In this document: piece after piece, positions 1-11,207 of the stretch | Numbering within the stretch: the stretch's first letter is position 1 | Layout: every line of letters begins with the position of its first letter | Assembly: GCA_965249485.1 (NCBI GenBank) | Contig: OZ252239.1 | Location: forward strand, 1,024,001 to 1,088,000 | Origin: a bacterium | Lineage (GTDB): Bacteria; SM23-31 | Direction: 5' to 3' | DNA length: 64,000 nucleotides | Notes under the pieces: model-generated | Databases searched by the model: none | What the model was told of the DNA's origin: nothing | The model's input: the letters and a program-made list of their open reading frames with translations, nothing else | Made by a program: the position numbers and the translations under genes

Positions 1-1166
1 TCTTTTTTATACTCCTTTGTTGCCGGGTCAGCGAAGTTGTTACGGACATGGCTCCGGTTACCAATTAATCCTATTTCGTGACCGCCCCAGAGACCAACAC
101 GAATCGTCCTTCGGGGTTTAACCCCGATCGCCTTGAGAATACGTGCCGCTTCCATGGCAGTAACCGATCCGGCAGCGTTATCTATGGCGCCGGTTCCGAC
201 ATAATCAGACTGAAGATGACCGCCTATTATAACTATTTCATGCGCCAGATCTGTACCCGGAATCTCAGCAATGACGTTATGATCGACGGACTCACCTCTG
301 TAAACGATCGTCTTGATCTCGATTTCCATCTCGACAGGAATATCTTTTTCGAGGATCCGCATTATCCGGTTATACTGTTCCACTGCCAGGACCAACTCCG
401 TGGGCTGTAGGGGCTTATCTTCCCACGGCCTCTCTATTCCATTGTAATTTCCGGGAGCTACTGTGCCGTAATAATGCTGTTCATCCGGGTGTACAATAGC
501 CACAGCACCTTCTGCAAAAACAAAATCAATCATGTGCTTTTTCAGTTCACGGAGATCACTTCTGCGAGGTTCTTCCGAGACTCGGGGACCAATGACAACA
601 GGGATTTTCTCCATCTCATCAAGCCGCTCTTCTGTCCATGTCAGCGGATTAGCTTCAAAATGGGGTGAGATTTCCTGCTCCGGTTTTATGAATATAATAC
701 GATCTTTTAATTTTTCACGGTATTGTTCCAGATCCGCTTTCGAAGTAATTTCATCAAAATTCATGTAGAAAACATCCGCCCGGATCTTTCCATTGGTGCC
801 CGCCGTCCACGGTGCAGGATAGCCGATGATCCGCATATATTGGGGGGCCATCATGTGGATAGACGTGTAAGCATGCCCCCAGCCGTTACCGAACTCATAC
901 GGTTCAAGCTTAGCATTCGTGAGACCATACTCTTTGAGCTGGTCTCTTGCCCATTCTGCCGCTGCGCGGAATGAAGGCGTTTTCTCATTCCGCGGTCCAA
1001 ATACATCTGTCAGCCAGCTCGCATTCTCCATTACTTCGGAATTTTCAAAAGCTTCTTCCGTGAGTTCCTGCACAACATCCCAGTAGACTGGTTCCTGTGC
1101 AGATACGGAAGACACTAATATAAACATCACTAATAGACTTAGAATAATAGTATAATGAACTTTCAT
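1..1166 (-). CDS. M28-family (carboxypeptidase Q-like) exported peptidase, 3' end outside window
   Basis: Not in ORF track; manual translation from ATG 1166: MKVHYTIILSLLVMF...NVIAEIPGTDLAHEIVIIGGHLQS...GTGAIDNAAG...PRRTIRVGLWGGHE; close paralog of 62038-63620. Confidence 0.85.
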   Translation of the reverse strand, partial: MKVHYTIILSLLVMFILVSSVSAQEPVYWDVVQELTEEAFENSEVMENASWLTDVFGPRNEKTPSFRAAAEWARDQLKEYGLTNAKLEPYEFGNGWGHAYTSIHMMAPQYMRIIGYPAPWTAGTNGKIRADVFYMNFDEITSKADLEQYREKLKDRIIFIKPEQEISPHFEANPLTWTEERLDEMEKIPVVIGPRVSEEPRRSDLRELKKHMIDFVFAEGAVAIVHPDEQHYYGTVAPGNYNGIERPWEDKPLQPTELVLAVEQYNRIMRILEKDIPVEMEIEIKTIVYRGESVDHNVIAEIPGTDLAHEIVIIGGHLQSDYVGTGAIDNAAGSVTAMEAARILKAIGVKPRRTIRVGLWGGHEIGLIGNRSHVRNNFADPATKEYKK

Positions 1167-1220
1167 AATATGACTCCTGATTAAGTTTGCGCTGTCAGAA
1201 CAATACGGACACTTTGTGTT

Positions 1221-1265
1221 CAATAGTAAGGTAAGTAATTTGCTTTCACAAGTGTTTTCTACTCC
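1221..1265. repeat. Junction repeat, left (promoter) arm ending at ACTCC core
   Basis: caatagtaag...tcacaagtgttttctactcc; minus-strand TTGTGA-17-TACTAT. Confidence 0.8.
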
Positions 1266-1279
1266 TTATTTTAACTGGC

Positions 1280-1505
1280 AAAGTCGTTGATACTATTCTA
1301 AAAAGTGGTGCAAGGGGTGACCAGCTCTTCGGTGGTAACGGGAGTGAAACAGCAGTAATCTCAGGTGCATATGAGGATTATTCAATTATAATAAACGATG
1401 GGTATACAAAGGTTAAGGATAGGCATGTGAACCAGGATGGAAGGGATAATCTCATCAATATCGATTTTCTTCAATTTAGTGATCGGAAAGTAAAACTTTT
1501 ATACA
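1280..1505 (+). pseudogene. Remnant of RTX/hemolysin-type calcium-binding protein C-terminus
   Basis: Translates in pieces to GDQLFGGNGSETAVISGAYEDYSI...DGRDNLINIDFLQFSDRKV; no start codon. Confidence 0.5.
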
Positions 1506-1515
1506 TTCATTATTG

Positions 1516-1610
1516 ATTCGTAAATCGTACGGCCCAAGGGGGTAGAAAACACTTGTAAAAGCAATATGTAATCCTTACAATTCATCACAATATGTCCTAC
1601 TTGTTCTGAC
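1516..1610. repeat. Junction repeat, full copy in inverted orientation
   Basis: ttcgtaaatcgtacggcccaagggggtagaaaacacTTGTAA-17-TACAAT, reverse complement of consensus; promoter faces the GH51 gene. Confidence 0.85.
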
Positions 1611-1832
1611 AACGTACACTTCTTTAACATACTATTCATGTAAATAATCAGTTATGATTTATTGATGTCATGATAGAGAATGGTTATTGTCAGTTATTTA
1701 AAATTTTAAGAAAACCAGTATGACCTTGCTGCAAAAGTTGTTGAATTTTCAATCGATTTTGTCAGAGTGGAGCTTCATGTTTATTGGGTTAACTATACAA
1801 TCGAAAACTAAGAGTATAGTAATGAGGGTGCT

Positions 1833-3389
1833 ATGAAAAAATTGACGGTCACAATATTATGTCTGGTACTATTTCTTGTCATGGCAATAAGCCTGCCGGC
1901 ACAAAATCAACAAAACAAAATTGTTGTCAACGTTGATCTCGGCTCGGAAATAATCAGCAGACATATATATGGACATTTCGCCGAACATTTAGGAAGCGGT
2001 ATATATGGTGGAATATGGGTAGGAGAAGATTCTCCTATACCCAATACACATGGGATAAGAAATGATGTTGTTGAGGCACTGAAAGAGCTAAATATTCCTA
2101 ATGTCAGATGGCCGGGCGGTTGTTTTGCCGATGAATATCACTGGATGGATGGTATCGGACCCCGTAATGAGAGACCTTCTATGATTAATACGCATTGGGG
2201 TGGGGTTACCGAGGATAACAGTTTCGGAACGCATGAGTTTATGGATTTGACCGAACAGCTCGGTACGGAACCCTATATAGTTGGAAATGTCGGCAGTGGT
2301 ACGGTACAGGAAATGTCTCAGTGGGTTGAGTACCTGACTTCGGATGCGAAAACTCCTATGACTGATCTGAGGAAAAGAAATGGCAGGGAGGAACCCTGGA
2401 GAGTGAAATATTGGGGAATCGGCAATGAGAATTGGGGATGCGGTGGAAGCATGAGAGCTGAATATTATGCCGATTTATTACGTCGATATTCGAGATACAC
2501 TCGTAATTACGGAGATAATGAGCTTTATAGAATAGGCGGCGGCGCTACAAATATTGATTACGATGAAGTAATATTAAAAGAGCGAAGAGCAAGGAGCGCT
2601 ATGCAGGGTTTTTCGCTTCATTATTATACAAGACTTCGCAGCTTGTCGCCAAATCATTCTGCAACCGATTTTGGTGAAAAGGAGTGGTTTTACATGCTCA
2701 GTGAATCTTTAAAAATTGATGATGTGATATCTCAAACCATTACGCTTATGGATAAATACGACCCGGAAAAAAGAATCGATTTGATCGTGGATGAATGGGG
2801 AAACTGGCATGATGTTGAACCCGGGACAAATCCGGGATTTCTCTTCCAGCAGAACACTTTAAGGGATGCGCTTGTAGCGGCTGCTACTCTTGATATATTC
2901 AACAAACATGCAGATCGTGTCAAGATGGCAAATATCGCTCAGTTGGTAAATGTATTGCAGGCATTGATATTAACAAATGAAGAACAAATGGTCTTAACTC
3001 CTACATATTATGTATACAATATGTATAAAGTTCATCATGATGCAACATTGCTGCCTTTAGACCTGCAGACTGAAGATTATACAATGGATGGGATAGCAAT
3101 TCCTGCGATCAGCTCATCCGCTTCAAAAGATGACAACGGGCGCGTTCACATTTCCCTGAGCAACCTTAATCCCAATAAGGAGCTTGAGATCACCTGCGAG
3201 ATCCGTGGATTTAAAAATGTTACTCGTATCAGTGGGGAGTTATTAACTGCAAACAGAATTAATTCCTACAATGACTTTAGTGAATCGGAAGAAGTATATA
3301 CGGTTGAGTTTAGTGGATATGAGAAGAAAGGCAACATAATTACTGTAAAATTGCCTCCCAAATCGGTAGTAATGTTGGAGATTATCTAA
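1833..3389 (+). CDS. abfA: Alpha-L-arabinofuranosidase (GH51), signal peptide
   Basis: [50 protein letters not shown] motifs. Confidence 0.93.
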   Translation: MKKLTVTILCLVLFLVMAISLPAQNQQNKIVVNVDLGSEIISRHIYGHFAEHLGSGIYGGIWVGEDSPIPNTHGIRNDVVEALKELNIPNVRWPGGCFADEYHWMDGIGPRNERPSMINTHWGGVTEDNSFGTHEFMDLTEQLGTEPYIVGNVGSGTVQEMSQWVEYLTSDAKTPMTDLRKRNGREEPWRVKYWGIGNENWGCGGSMRAEYYADLLRRYSRYTRNYGDNELYRIGGGATNIDYDEVILKERRARSAMQGFSLHYYTRLRSLSPNHSATDFGEKEWFYMLSESLKIDDVISQTITLMDKYDPEKRIDLIVDEWGNWHDVEPGTNPGFLFQQNTLRDALVAAATLDIFNKHADRVKMANIAQLVNVLQALILTNEEQMVLTPTYYVYNMYKVHHDATLLPLDLQTEDYTMDGIAIPAISSSASKDDNGRVHISLSNLNPNKELEITCEIRGFKNVTRISGELLTANRINSYNDFSESEEVYTVEFSGYEKKGNIITVKLPPKSVVMLEII

Positions 3390-3485
3390 ACAAAAGAAAA
3401 AAGCTACCATATATACTGGATAAAGGAATGTAATATACTAAGAATTAAGAATACTTATTACTAACCTTTTCAAGGAGATTTCAAA

Positions 3486-4880
3486 ATGATTAACAAGATG
3501 AATGATAAGGAATCCCAGCGTACTATTTCTCGAAGAAACTTCATCGGTAAAACTGCTGTTGCGGCAGGTGTGTTTACTATAGTCCCAAGCCATGTTTTGA
3601 GTAGTCCCGGACGAACGGCTCCCAGCGACAAATTGAATATTGCATGTTGTGGTATTGGTGGCAAGGGAAGGTCCGATATTGCTGGTATCAGTTCTGAAAA
3701 CGTTATTGCTTTATGTGATGTTGATGATACGCAGATAAAACGATACTCTGATTATGCTGCACGAGTGGAAAGACCTGAATTATTGGATTTGTATGATAAA
3801 GCAAATAAATATCGTGATTTCCGAGTAATGCTTGAAAAGGAAAAAAGTATTGATGCCGTCGTTGTAAGTACACCGGATCACAATCATGCAGTCATAGCCA
3901 TGACGGCGATGAAAATGGGAAAACATGTATTCTGCCAGAAACCCTTAACGCACACCGTATATGAAGCCAGAATGCTCGCGAAAGCGGCGAAAGAATATAA
4001 TGTTACTACACAAATGGGAAACCAGGGACATGCAGGTGAGGGAGCCCGTCTTATTAATGAATGGATAGAGGACGGCGCTATCGGTGATGTCCGGGAAGTG
4101 CATATCTGGACAAATCGGCCGGTATGGCCGCAGGGTATTGAAGCGCCACAAGAAATACCGTCAGTACCGCCGACCTTGGACTGGAACCAGTGGTTGGGAC
4201 CAGCAAAGTATCGTCATTATCATCCTGCATATTGCCCATTTGTGTGGAGAGGTTGGTTTGACTTTGGTACAGGAGTAATAGGTGATATGGGTGCTCATTT
4301 TGTTGATCAGCCATTTTGGGCATTGAAATTAAATGCACCGGCTACTATCTCGGCATCATCAACAAAAATGACAAACGATTCTTATCCGTTGGCATCAACA
4401 GTCCATTACACTTTTCCGGCAAGAGGTACAATGCCTCCTGTTAAGCTCACATGGTATGATGGCGGATTAACAGCGCCTCGTCCGGAAGAACTCGAACCGG
4501 GCCGTCGTATGGGTAACAAAGACGGAGGAGTTCTCTTCGTCGGAGACAAGGGTAAGTTAATGCACAACGTATATGGTGAAAATCCTCGATTGATACCTGA
4601 AACTAAAATGCAGGATTATACACTTCCAAAAAAGACCATACCCAGATCTCCCGGAATCCATTTAGAATGGATAGAAGCATGCAAAGCCGGAAAAAAATCA
4701 ACAACTGATTTTAGTTATTCCGGACCACTCACTGAAACTATGTTACTCGGCAACATTGCAATACGTTTGCAGGATAGACATACAATATTGGAATGGGATC
4801 AAAAAAAGATGGAAATAACCAATCTGCCGGAAGCAAACGAATATCTCCATAGAGAATATCGTGAAGGTTGGTACTTGTAA
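3486..4880 (+). CDS. Gfo/Idh/MocA oxidoreductase with Tat signal
   Basis: SRRNFI Tat motif, GIGGKG, STPDHNHA, CQKPLTH, GDMGAH. Confidence 0.9.
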   Translation: MINKMNDKESQRTISRRNFIGKTAVAAGVFTIVPSHVLSSPGRTAPSDKLNIACCGIGGKGRSDIAGISSENVIALCDVDDTQIKRYSDYAARVERPELLDLYDKANKYRDFRVMLEKEKSIDAVVVSTPDHNHAVIAMTAMKMGKHVFCQKPLTHTVYEARMLAKAAKEYNVTTQMGNQGHAGEGARLINEWIEDGAIGDVREVHIWTNRPVWPQGIEAPQEIPSVPPTLDWNQWLGPAKYRHYHPAYCPFVWRGWFDFGTGVIGDMGAHFVDQPFWALKLNAPATISASSTKMTNDSYPLASTVHYTFPARGTMPPVKLTWYDGGLTAPRPEELEPGRRMGNKDGGVLFVGDKGKLMHNVYGENPRLIPETKMQDYTLPKKTIPRSPGIHLEWIEACKAGKKSTTDFSYSGPLTETMLLGNIAIRLQDRHTILEWDQKKMEITNLPEANEYLHREYREGWYL

Positions 4881-5026
4881 TATATGAAAACTGTAGTCGC
4901 TATGATAGTAGAAATGCCAATCTGTCTATCATGCTTTTAATCAATGTCACTTTTGATCATTTATTATTATTTTTGCCTATGCGCATGTTAATATTCGTCA
5001 ATAAATACCGCGAAAATTTAATTACA

Positions 5027-5995
5027 TCATTTGCCCAGTGGGTAGAGAATTTTCTGAATATCCGGTTCATCAAAATTTTGTGTGGTTGCAACCGTTACGC
5101 CTGTATCAATCCGTTTTTCGAGCTGCATACCATTGATAGCGTCAACAGCGGATTTCACTCCTAAATATCCCATCGTAAACGGGTTCTGCACAATAAGAGC
5201 CTGAATCACTCCCTCTTTTAACGATTCGACCTCGTTTGGAGAAGCATCAAACGCAACCAGCTTTACTTTTCCCTGGACATTTCTGGATCGTAACGCCTGG
5301 GCTGCGCCGATTGCGCATGCCTCATTTGCGGCAAATATACCTTTTAGATCCGGATGTGCTGTCAGAATATTTTCGGTTATTGCCATTGCTGTTGCAACAT
5401 CAGATTGACAATACTGCACGGCGACAAGATTGATATTCGGATACTTTTTCAATCCTTCTATGAAACCCTTTTCACGCCAGATCGATGTTGCAGCACCGGG
5501 GATAAACGGGAAACACGCAACATCACCTTCTTCGCCGATCAGTTCTGCGAGAACATCGGCGGCTTTTTGTGCTCCATATACATTATCAGTCGCAATAAAA
5601 CTGAGCGGCACATCCGAATCGAGACCGGAATCAATGGTAATAACCGGTATCCCCGCACGATCTGCTGCCGCGATTGGAGCTATCAACGCTTTTGTGTCAC
5701 TTGCAGCCATGACAATAGCATCGACCTGCTTGTTAGTGTAATCTTCAATTATGCTGATTTGACCGGCAATATCAGTTGGGACACCGGGCCCTTTCCAGAT
5801 CACATCAACGTCAAATTCTTTCGCGGCAGAATCTGCTCCGGCTTTGACCGTGAGCCAAAAATTTTGTGTCAGACCATTTGGAGAAACAAGTATCTGAAGT
5901 CTTTCCGATTTCTCCCACCCGCAATACCTGAAAACTGTAATCGATATAAGGGTAAAAAATGCAAATCTGCCGATCGTGCTTAGAATCTTTATCAC
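5027..5995 (-). CDS. Sugar ABC transporter substrate-binding protein (RbsB-like)
   Basis: FWLTVKAGA, IPVITIDS, ATDN, GIFAANE, VAFDAS, QNPFTMGYLGV. Confidence 0.88.
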   Translation of the reverse strand: MIKILSTIGRFAFFTLISITVFRYCGWEKSERLQILVSPNGLTQNFWLTVKAGADSAAKEFDVDVIWKGPGVPTDIAGQISIIEDYTNKQVDAIVMAASDTKALIAPIAAADRAGIPVITIDSGLDSDVPLSFIATDNVYGAQKAADVLAELIGEEGDVACFPFIPGAATSIWREKGFIEGLKKYPNINLVAVQYCQSDVATAMAITENILTAHPDLKGIFAANEACAIGAAQALRSRNVQGKVKLVAFDASPNEVESLKEGVIQALIVQNPFTMGYLGVKSAVDAINGMQLEKRIDTGVTVATTQNFDEPDIQKILYPLGK

Positions 5996-6032
5996 CTTTG
6001 CTCCTTTATTGTTGCCTATGGACTTGTTTATA

Positions 6033-6097
6033 TTAGTCTATAAATACCGCGATTATAATGATAGCGCCGATCGCTATCAGCTGCCAGTAAGTGGCCA
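6033..6097 (-). pseudogene. C-terminal stub of sugar ABC permease (RbsC-like)
   Basis: Minus strand reads ATYWQLIAIGAIIIIAVFID*, a typical RbsC C-terminus, directly upstream of the binding protein. Confidence 0.55.
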
Positions 6098-6313
6098 TAT
6101 AATTGGTTAATAATAAAGGGATGTTTCCTGTTTATCCAAGTTCTTTTTTCTCATCTCTTCCGTAAATCGACTTCTCAGACAACTATCCACCACTATATAC
6201 ATAGACAACGATTCAAACATCATCAGTCTGCAAAAACGATGTTAACGAATGGATAGAAGGGTAGAAGAATCGAAAAACTGGATAAATTTGATTTTAAAAA
6301 TGAAGATAAATAT

Positions 6314-6335
6314 CGGGCTGTGCGATTTGCAAACT
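6314..6335. repeat. Junction repeat, right arm only
   Basis: cgggctgtgcgatttgcaaact, ~35 bp from GH2 stop. Confidence 0.7.
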
Positions 6336-6368
6336 CTCGTATATGTCGTTAAGAATTGGGACTAAAGA

Positions 6369-9325
6369 TTATTTTTTGGTAATGATAATACTTGGTCCCA
6401 AAGGATACCGGCCGAATTTCTCTCCGTAAACCGCCAGTCTCCCGGATGTATCAGATGATTCAAGGACAGACAGCTTTACCTTGAACATGTTCTCTTCAGC
6501 TGATTTTTTTATCGCTTCACGAGTGAATTTCAGTTTCACAAGATAGCCGTACGAACCGGCTTCTACCAGTTCCCACTGCTGGTTTTCCGGCATTTTTTGA
6601 CTCATCCATGACAGCAGCCCCCGATGGTCGGCAGGATCGTCTTCCAGGAATACTGGGTGCTTATCCTGACCATTGAGGGTAATATGAACCGTACTTGTAT
6701 GTTTTTCTCGTCAGTCATCGAATACGTATTCGTACGGTATCCCGGATCAGATCTGGGATTATAGTCCTCTCTATAAAATTTGCTTCCCTCGTCGGCATAT
6801 TCATCTTTCATGTATTTACCATGAACATAGCGTGCTCCAAGTTCAGCAAGAAATTCGACTTCCCCGATTGTGTCTGCTTCAAAATCTTCCGGCAGTGGAA
6901 ATTCATATTCAAAATAGCCCGTTCCTGTTCCCCACATTTTTAATCCGTCTAAAACGGAAACCTGCTTGATTGACCATTCACTTTCTGAATAATCAGCCGG
7001 TTCAAGACGAAGAACAACCTGCTGAGAATCCTGGCTCTTATTCTGTTCTGGTTCGATTGTCTGCACCCTGAAAGGAACAAAATTTCTGTGTCGTATTTGT
7101 TCCTGCTCATCAATTAAATAGGTGTACAATACGGCAAGACATTCCTCGTTCGGAGCTTGAACAGAGACCGGATTTAAATCAAACACCTTATACGGTTCCG
7201 GTTGAAAAGTAAATTCATCGGAGGAATATTCATTATGTTCGCCGTAACGGTTCCAACCGTGCACCACCGTCTGTACTTTCATTTCCGATGGCACATTATC
7301 AGTCATAAACGAAGCGGTTATGGGAAGGGTAAATGAAACTCCAGGTTGAACAATCCGGTTGAAATCACTTCCCGGGATCAGATACATTGCCGAGTGAAAA
7401 TCATTAATCGTCATACCCGGACACAGTTCGTCGAGACCCCAGTCCTTCTTAGTGCGGTCATAACGGTAATACCCGTTCCATGTGTTTTGGAGACTTCCGG
7501 GAATCACAAGATTATTATTGACATCATGAAATTCAGTAAAAACAAACCCGGCATTTTTTTGGTATTTTCGAAATGTGTTTACCATTATATGATACTCATG
7601 GGACAGATCGAAGTCACCGGTCGGGTGGTCCTTGTGCGCGTGCTTTGCAGAGCTCTCTGAATTCATCAAAGGAATGTCTGTCTGTTTATTGCCACCAATA
7701 TAATTCCATTCCGATCCCGGATAGGTATTCGCAACAGCATCATCTAAATATGCGGCATACTGTAGACCCGGCAAATAATTGTGCCAGCTGTTAATGTCAG
7801 AAATAATATGATTGCGTCCATTTGGAGAATTATCTTCCACAAGCCGGGTAGGATCCAGATTCTTCGCCCGAAAGTACAGGGATTTCACCCATTCCCTGTT
7901 TTCAAGAGGATATCCTTCGTCTACCGACGGGTCATTGCTTGAAATCCCCCATGTTTCATTGAATAATACCCACGAAAAAATACTCGGATGGTTAAAATCC
8001 CGTTCAATCTGTTTCTGAAAAGTATATTCCCAATTTTTTCTCCCGTACTCGCTGACTACTCCTTGGTTACTTGAAGTATTAAGATTAGATATGTCTGCTT
8101 GAATAAGAAGACCCAGTTTGTCAGCCCAATACAGTTGCCGGGAAATACCCGCCTTGAGGTGTATACGCAGTCCGTTCAATCCGATATTCTTTGCCCGCTG
8201 GATATCCTCTCTCATAAATGCATCGCTCGGATAGGTGTAATATCCTTCAGGATGATATGCCTGGTCAAGTGCCATTTGAAGATAGATTGGTTTGTTATTC
8301 AGTGTTATATACATATCATTTGAATCAGGAAGTCTTTCAGTCCCGATCTTTCTCATACCGAAATAGGTGTTTATGCGGTCATATTCTTCTCCTTTCCTGC
8401 TCAAAGAGAGTTCAACATCGTAGAGAAAGGGATCATCGAGTGTCCAGAGATGCTGACCATAAATCGGAATGTCAACATTGATGTTATTGTGTCCGGCAGG
8501 TATTTTCTTTTGTACAGGTTCCAAACTATAGTAATAATATCCGTCCTCATGGGTCTCATTACTTTTAGCTTTGAAAAAAACTGAGAGACGCATGTCGCTT
8601 TCTGTGGCTTTCGAGAGTTCAATTTTCAGGTTAACTTTTTCATTATCAATATCAGGAGAGAATTGAGCCAGACGAATATATGTATCCGAGTGTGCTTCAA
8701 GATAGACCGTCTGCCATTTTCCTTTTACCGGACCAAATCCCTCTGCTTGTTTCCCATTTTGCCTGCCGCGCACGGGTTTATCCTCCACCCGAATAACCAA
8801 CCTGTTGCTACCTGTTTTATCAATTACGTCTGTCAGGTCAAATTCAAACGGTGTATATCCGCCTTCGTGTTCGCCCACAAAATCTCCGTTGAGCCACAAT
8901 CTGGTCCCGAAATCACTTGCACCGATCACAATGTATATACGCTTATTAATCCACTCTTCTATTACGGGAATTTCAAGATTTCGAGCATACCATCCTATAT
9001 GAATATTCCGTTCAACAATTCCGGAAAGCGGTGCAGCCCATGAAAATGGAACTGTGATCCTTTGGTCAAAAACGGAGCCGTCATTATACCAGCCATTCAA
9101 TTCACCAATTTCATCAGGATCTAAAGCAAAATCCCATTGACCATTCAGGTTGATCCACGCGTTCCTCATAAAATCAGGCCTTGGATGTTCCGCTAAAGGT
9201 ATGCTAATATCATTATCAACTGTACAGCCAATCATCGAAACAATTAAGAGAACCACTATTGATAGGATTATAACATTGCTGTGCCAGGAATTACTTTCCA
9301 CGATAACAATCCTTATATAATACAA
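6369..9325 (-). pseudogene. GH2 glycoside hydrolase (lipoprotein), frameshifted near 6700
   Basis: EHPRPDF, WINLNGQWDF, HEGGYTPFEFD, NHPSIFSWVLFNETWG; C-terminus continues in ORF 6369-6605. Confidence 0.8.
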
Positions 9326-9408
9326 TATTCCATTTCGATTAAACCAATGTATACTATATAGACTTTACTTAGTTGTATGATGTCAGAACATTTAGGATAC
9401 GATTATTT

Positions 9409-9477
9409 AGATGGTAAAGTATACATTTGGCTTTTACAAGTGAATTCTACTCTTTGGGCTGTACGATTTTCCAACCT
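9409..9477. repeat. Junction repeat, full copy
   Basis: atggtaaag...ttacaagtgaattctactctttgggctgtacgattttccaacc; 7 bp from stop at 9485. Confidence 0.9.
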
Positions 9478-9484
9478 ATTATGC

Positions 9485-10879
9485 TCAATGGATCAGTATA
9501 ATTTCATCATTCGACGGCTGAATCCATTCCACTCCCCGGCTTGTTACGATCTGAGGATTTGAGAAGTTAATGGAAATTGGATAACCGGGTCTTTCAGGAA
9601 GGTTCGTATGAACCGCATATTCAAAAGCAAATATGTGATTCTCCTGAATTTTCAGATGGTGTGTATCCGGACGAAACGCAGAAATAGAAGGTCCGACATC
9701 ACCGGTATTGATATGGGCGTGAAGATCAAGGTAAAATCCTGACTTATCAGTATTTGTGAGTGCCACCTGAACCTCCTTATAGTCATTTGCGCTAACATCT
9801 GTAAAAGGTGTGAATATATAGTCCGCATCTTCCATGGCTGAGACAATAGCCTTTAAAGATTCCCCGGCGGTCATGCCGACTTTTATATTTTTCCGGATAA
9901 TTCCTTGAGCTTATTTCCCCTGATCCCAGGCATACTGTATACTCTTCGGCACTTCTGTTTCTTCTTCTCTCAGAATATATGCATGAATTTTAGTATCTAC
10001 CACAAAGCCCAAATAGTTATACTCAACACCAAAAGCGAAAAAATCCCCACGTTGATAAACATAGTCAGCGTAATTGATCCACCACCTGGCATTAGGTGGA
10101 TCGATACGTTTGGATTTAAATGAAGAGTAAATCCGGCCACCTACTTCCCCTATAGTCGTTCTACCCGGCACGATACTGCGTAATTTTTCCAAAGAACGCT
10201 GGCGGGCAATTACCAATGTATGTGTCTGTGCTGCAATTTCTCTGCTTGCCCTTCTTGATATGAAATCTGTGATGACATTCTCGGCAGACACCATTCTCTG
10301 AGAATATTTAGGACCTAAAATTTTCTCCAGTTTCAGATATTGGGTATGTGAAATTCCATCAGCAGCGGGAAGCCAATCGGAATAATTTACTGCAATTGTT
10401 TTTGGGTCGCGTTCGGCAACAAATTGCGTTATTTCGTCGTAGACATCGGGAATCGTAAATCCCTGCCTCGGGTCAAGATTATTATAATTATAACCGTCTA
10501 AGGCCATTCCGACCTCCTGAGACCCATATATGTCTATATTTTCAACAACGCTTCTTCCAAAAGTACCGCCAAACTTAGCCCGCTCGATTCTGTCTCCCAG
10601 ATCTGTAAAGATCAAATAACCACCGGTTGATCCAAAATGTTGATCCATGGGATCTACAATTTTATCTGCCGAAAGCCCTTCCTCTTTACGGGTAACGTGA
10701 ATCCACATGTCCACATTATTGTCACGCATAGCTCCCGGTAGTATTAGGTCAAGTTTTTCGTTCCGTATAAGACGTAGGACTTCCGAATCGATTTCCGGTG
10801 TATACCCTTCTGTCTGTGCATAGGCGGCCGGTAAGGTGAACATCACCGTTATGAGTACTATCATAATCCGGGATAGCAT
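9485..10879 (-). pseudogene. M24/Xaa-Pro aminopeptidase-like exported protein with in-frame TAA at 9911
   Basis: MRDNNVDMWIHV family motif; ORFs 9911-10879 and 9485-9874 are in the same frame. Confidence 0.8.
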
Positions 10880-11041
10880 AATATCCTCCTTTTTTGATTG
10901 GCGGTAGATTTTTATATTAATTTTTTGTGCGAATTGTCTTAAGTATGGTCAGGCTTTGCGACATCACGATTTTTGCAGTCATGTATTCATAAACCTAATA
11001 CAACGTGGGTGTGTGTTTAGAACATTTGTGGTATGCTAATG

Positions 11042-11105
11042 TAAATAGTAAGATATGCATTTAACTTTCACAAGTGAAATTTACTCCTCAGGTAGGACTC
11101 GAACG
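11042..11105. repeat. Junction repeat with tRNA-3'-end-like right arm
   Basis: Normal left arm plus ttactcctcaggtaggactcgaac; minus strand reads GTTCGAGTCCTACCTGAGGAG. Confidence 0.8.
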
Positions 11106-11207
11106 TATCATGTGATTATTAGAAATGTCAATAAAAACAAAATCTTACATATCACAAATGTCTTTATTTGTGCCTAAATTACGCCTATTTTATAACTGCA
11201 GTGATAT

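Noticed and set aside
78..974. Short + strand ORFs at 78-974 and similar ORFs such as 5354-5983, 55573-56268, 62491-62814
   Set aside because: Antisense shadows of well-supported minus-strand genes; similarity between shadows reflects paralogy of the real genes.
11083..11104. Complete tRNA gene at the tRNA-like repeat copy
   Set aside because: Only ~22 nt resemble the T-loop and acceptor strand; no anticodon arm, D-arm or CCA.
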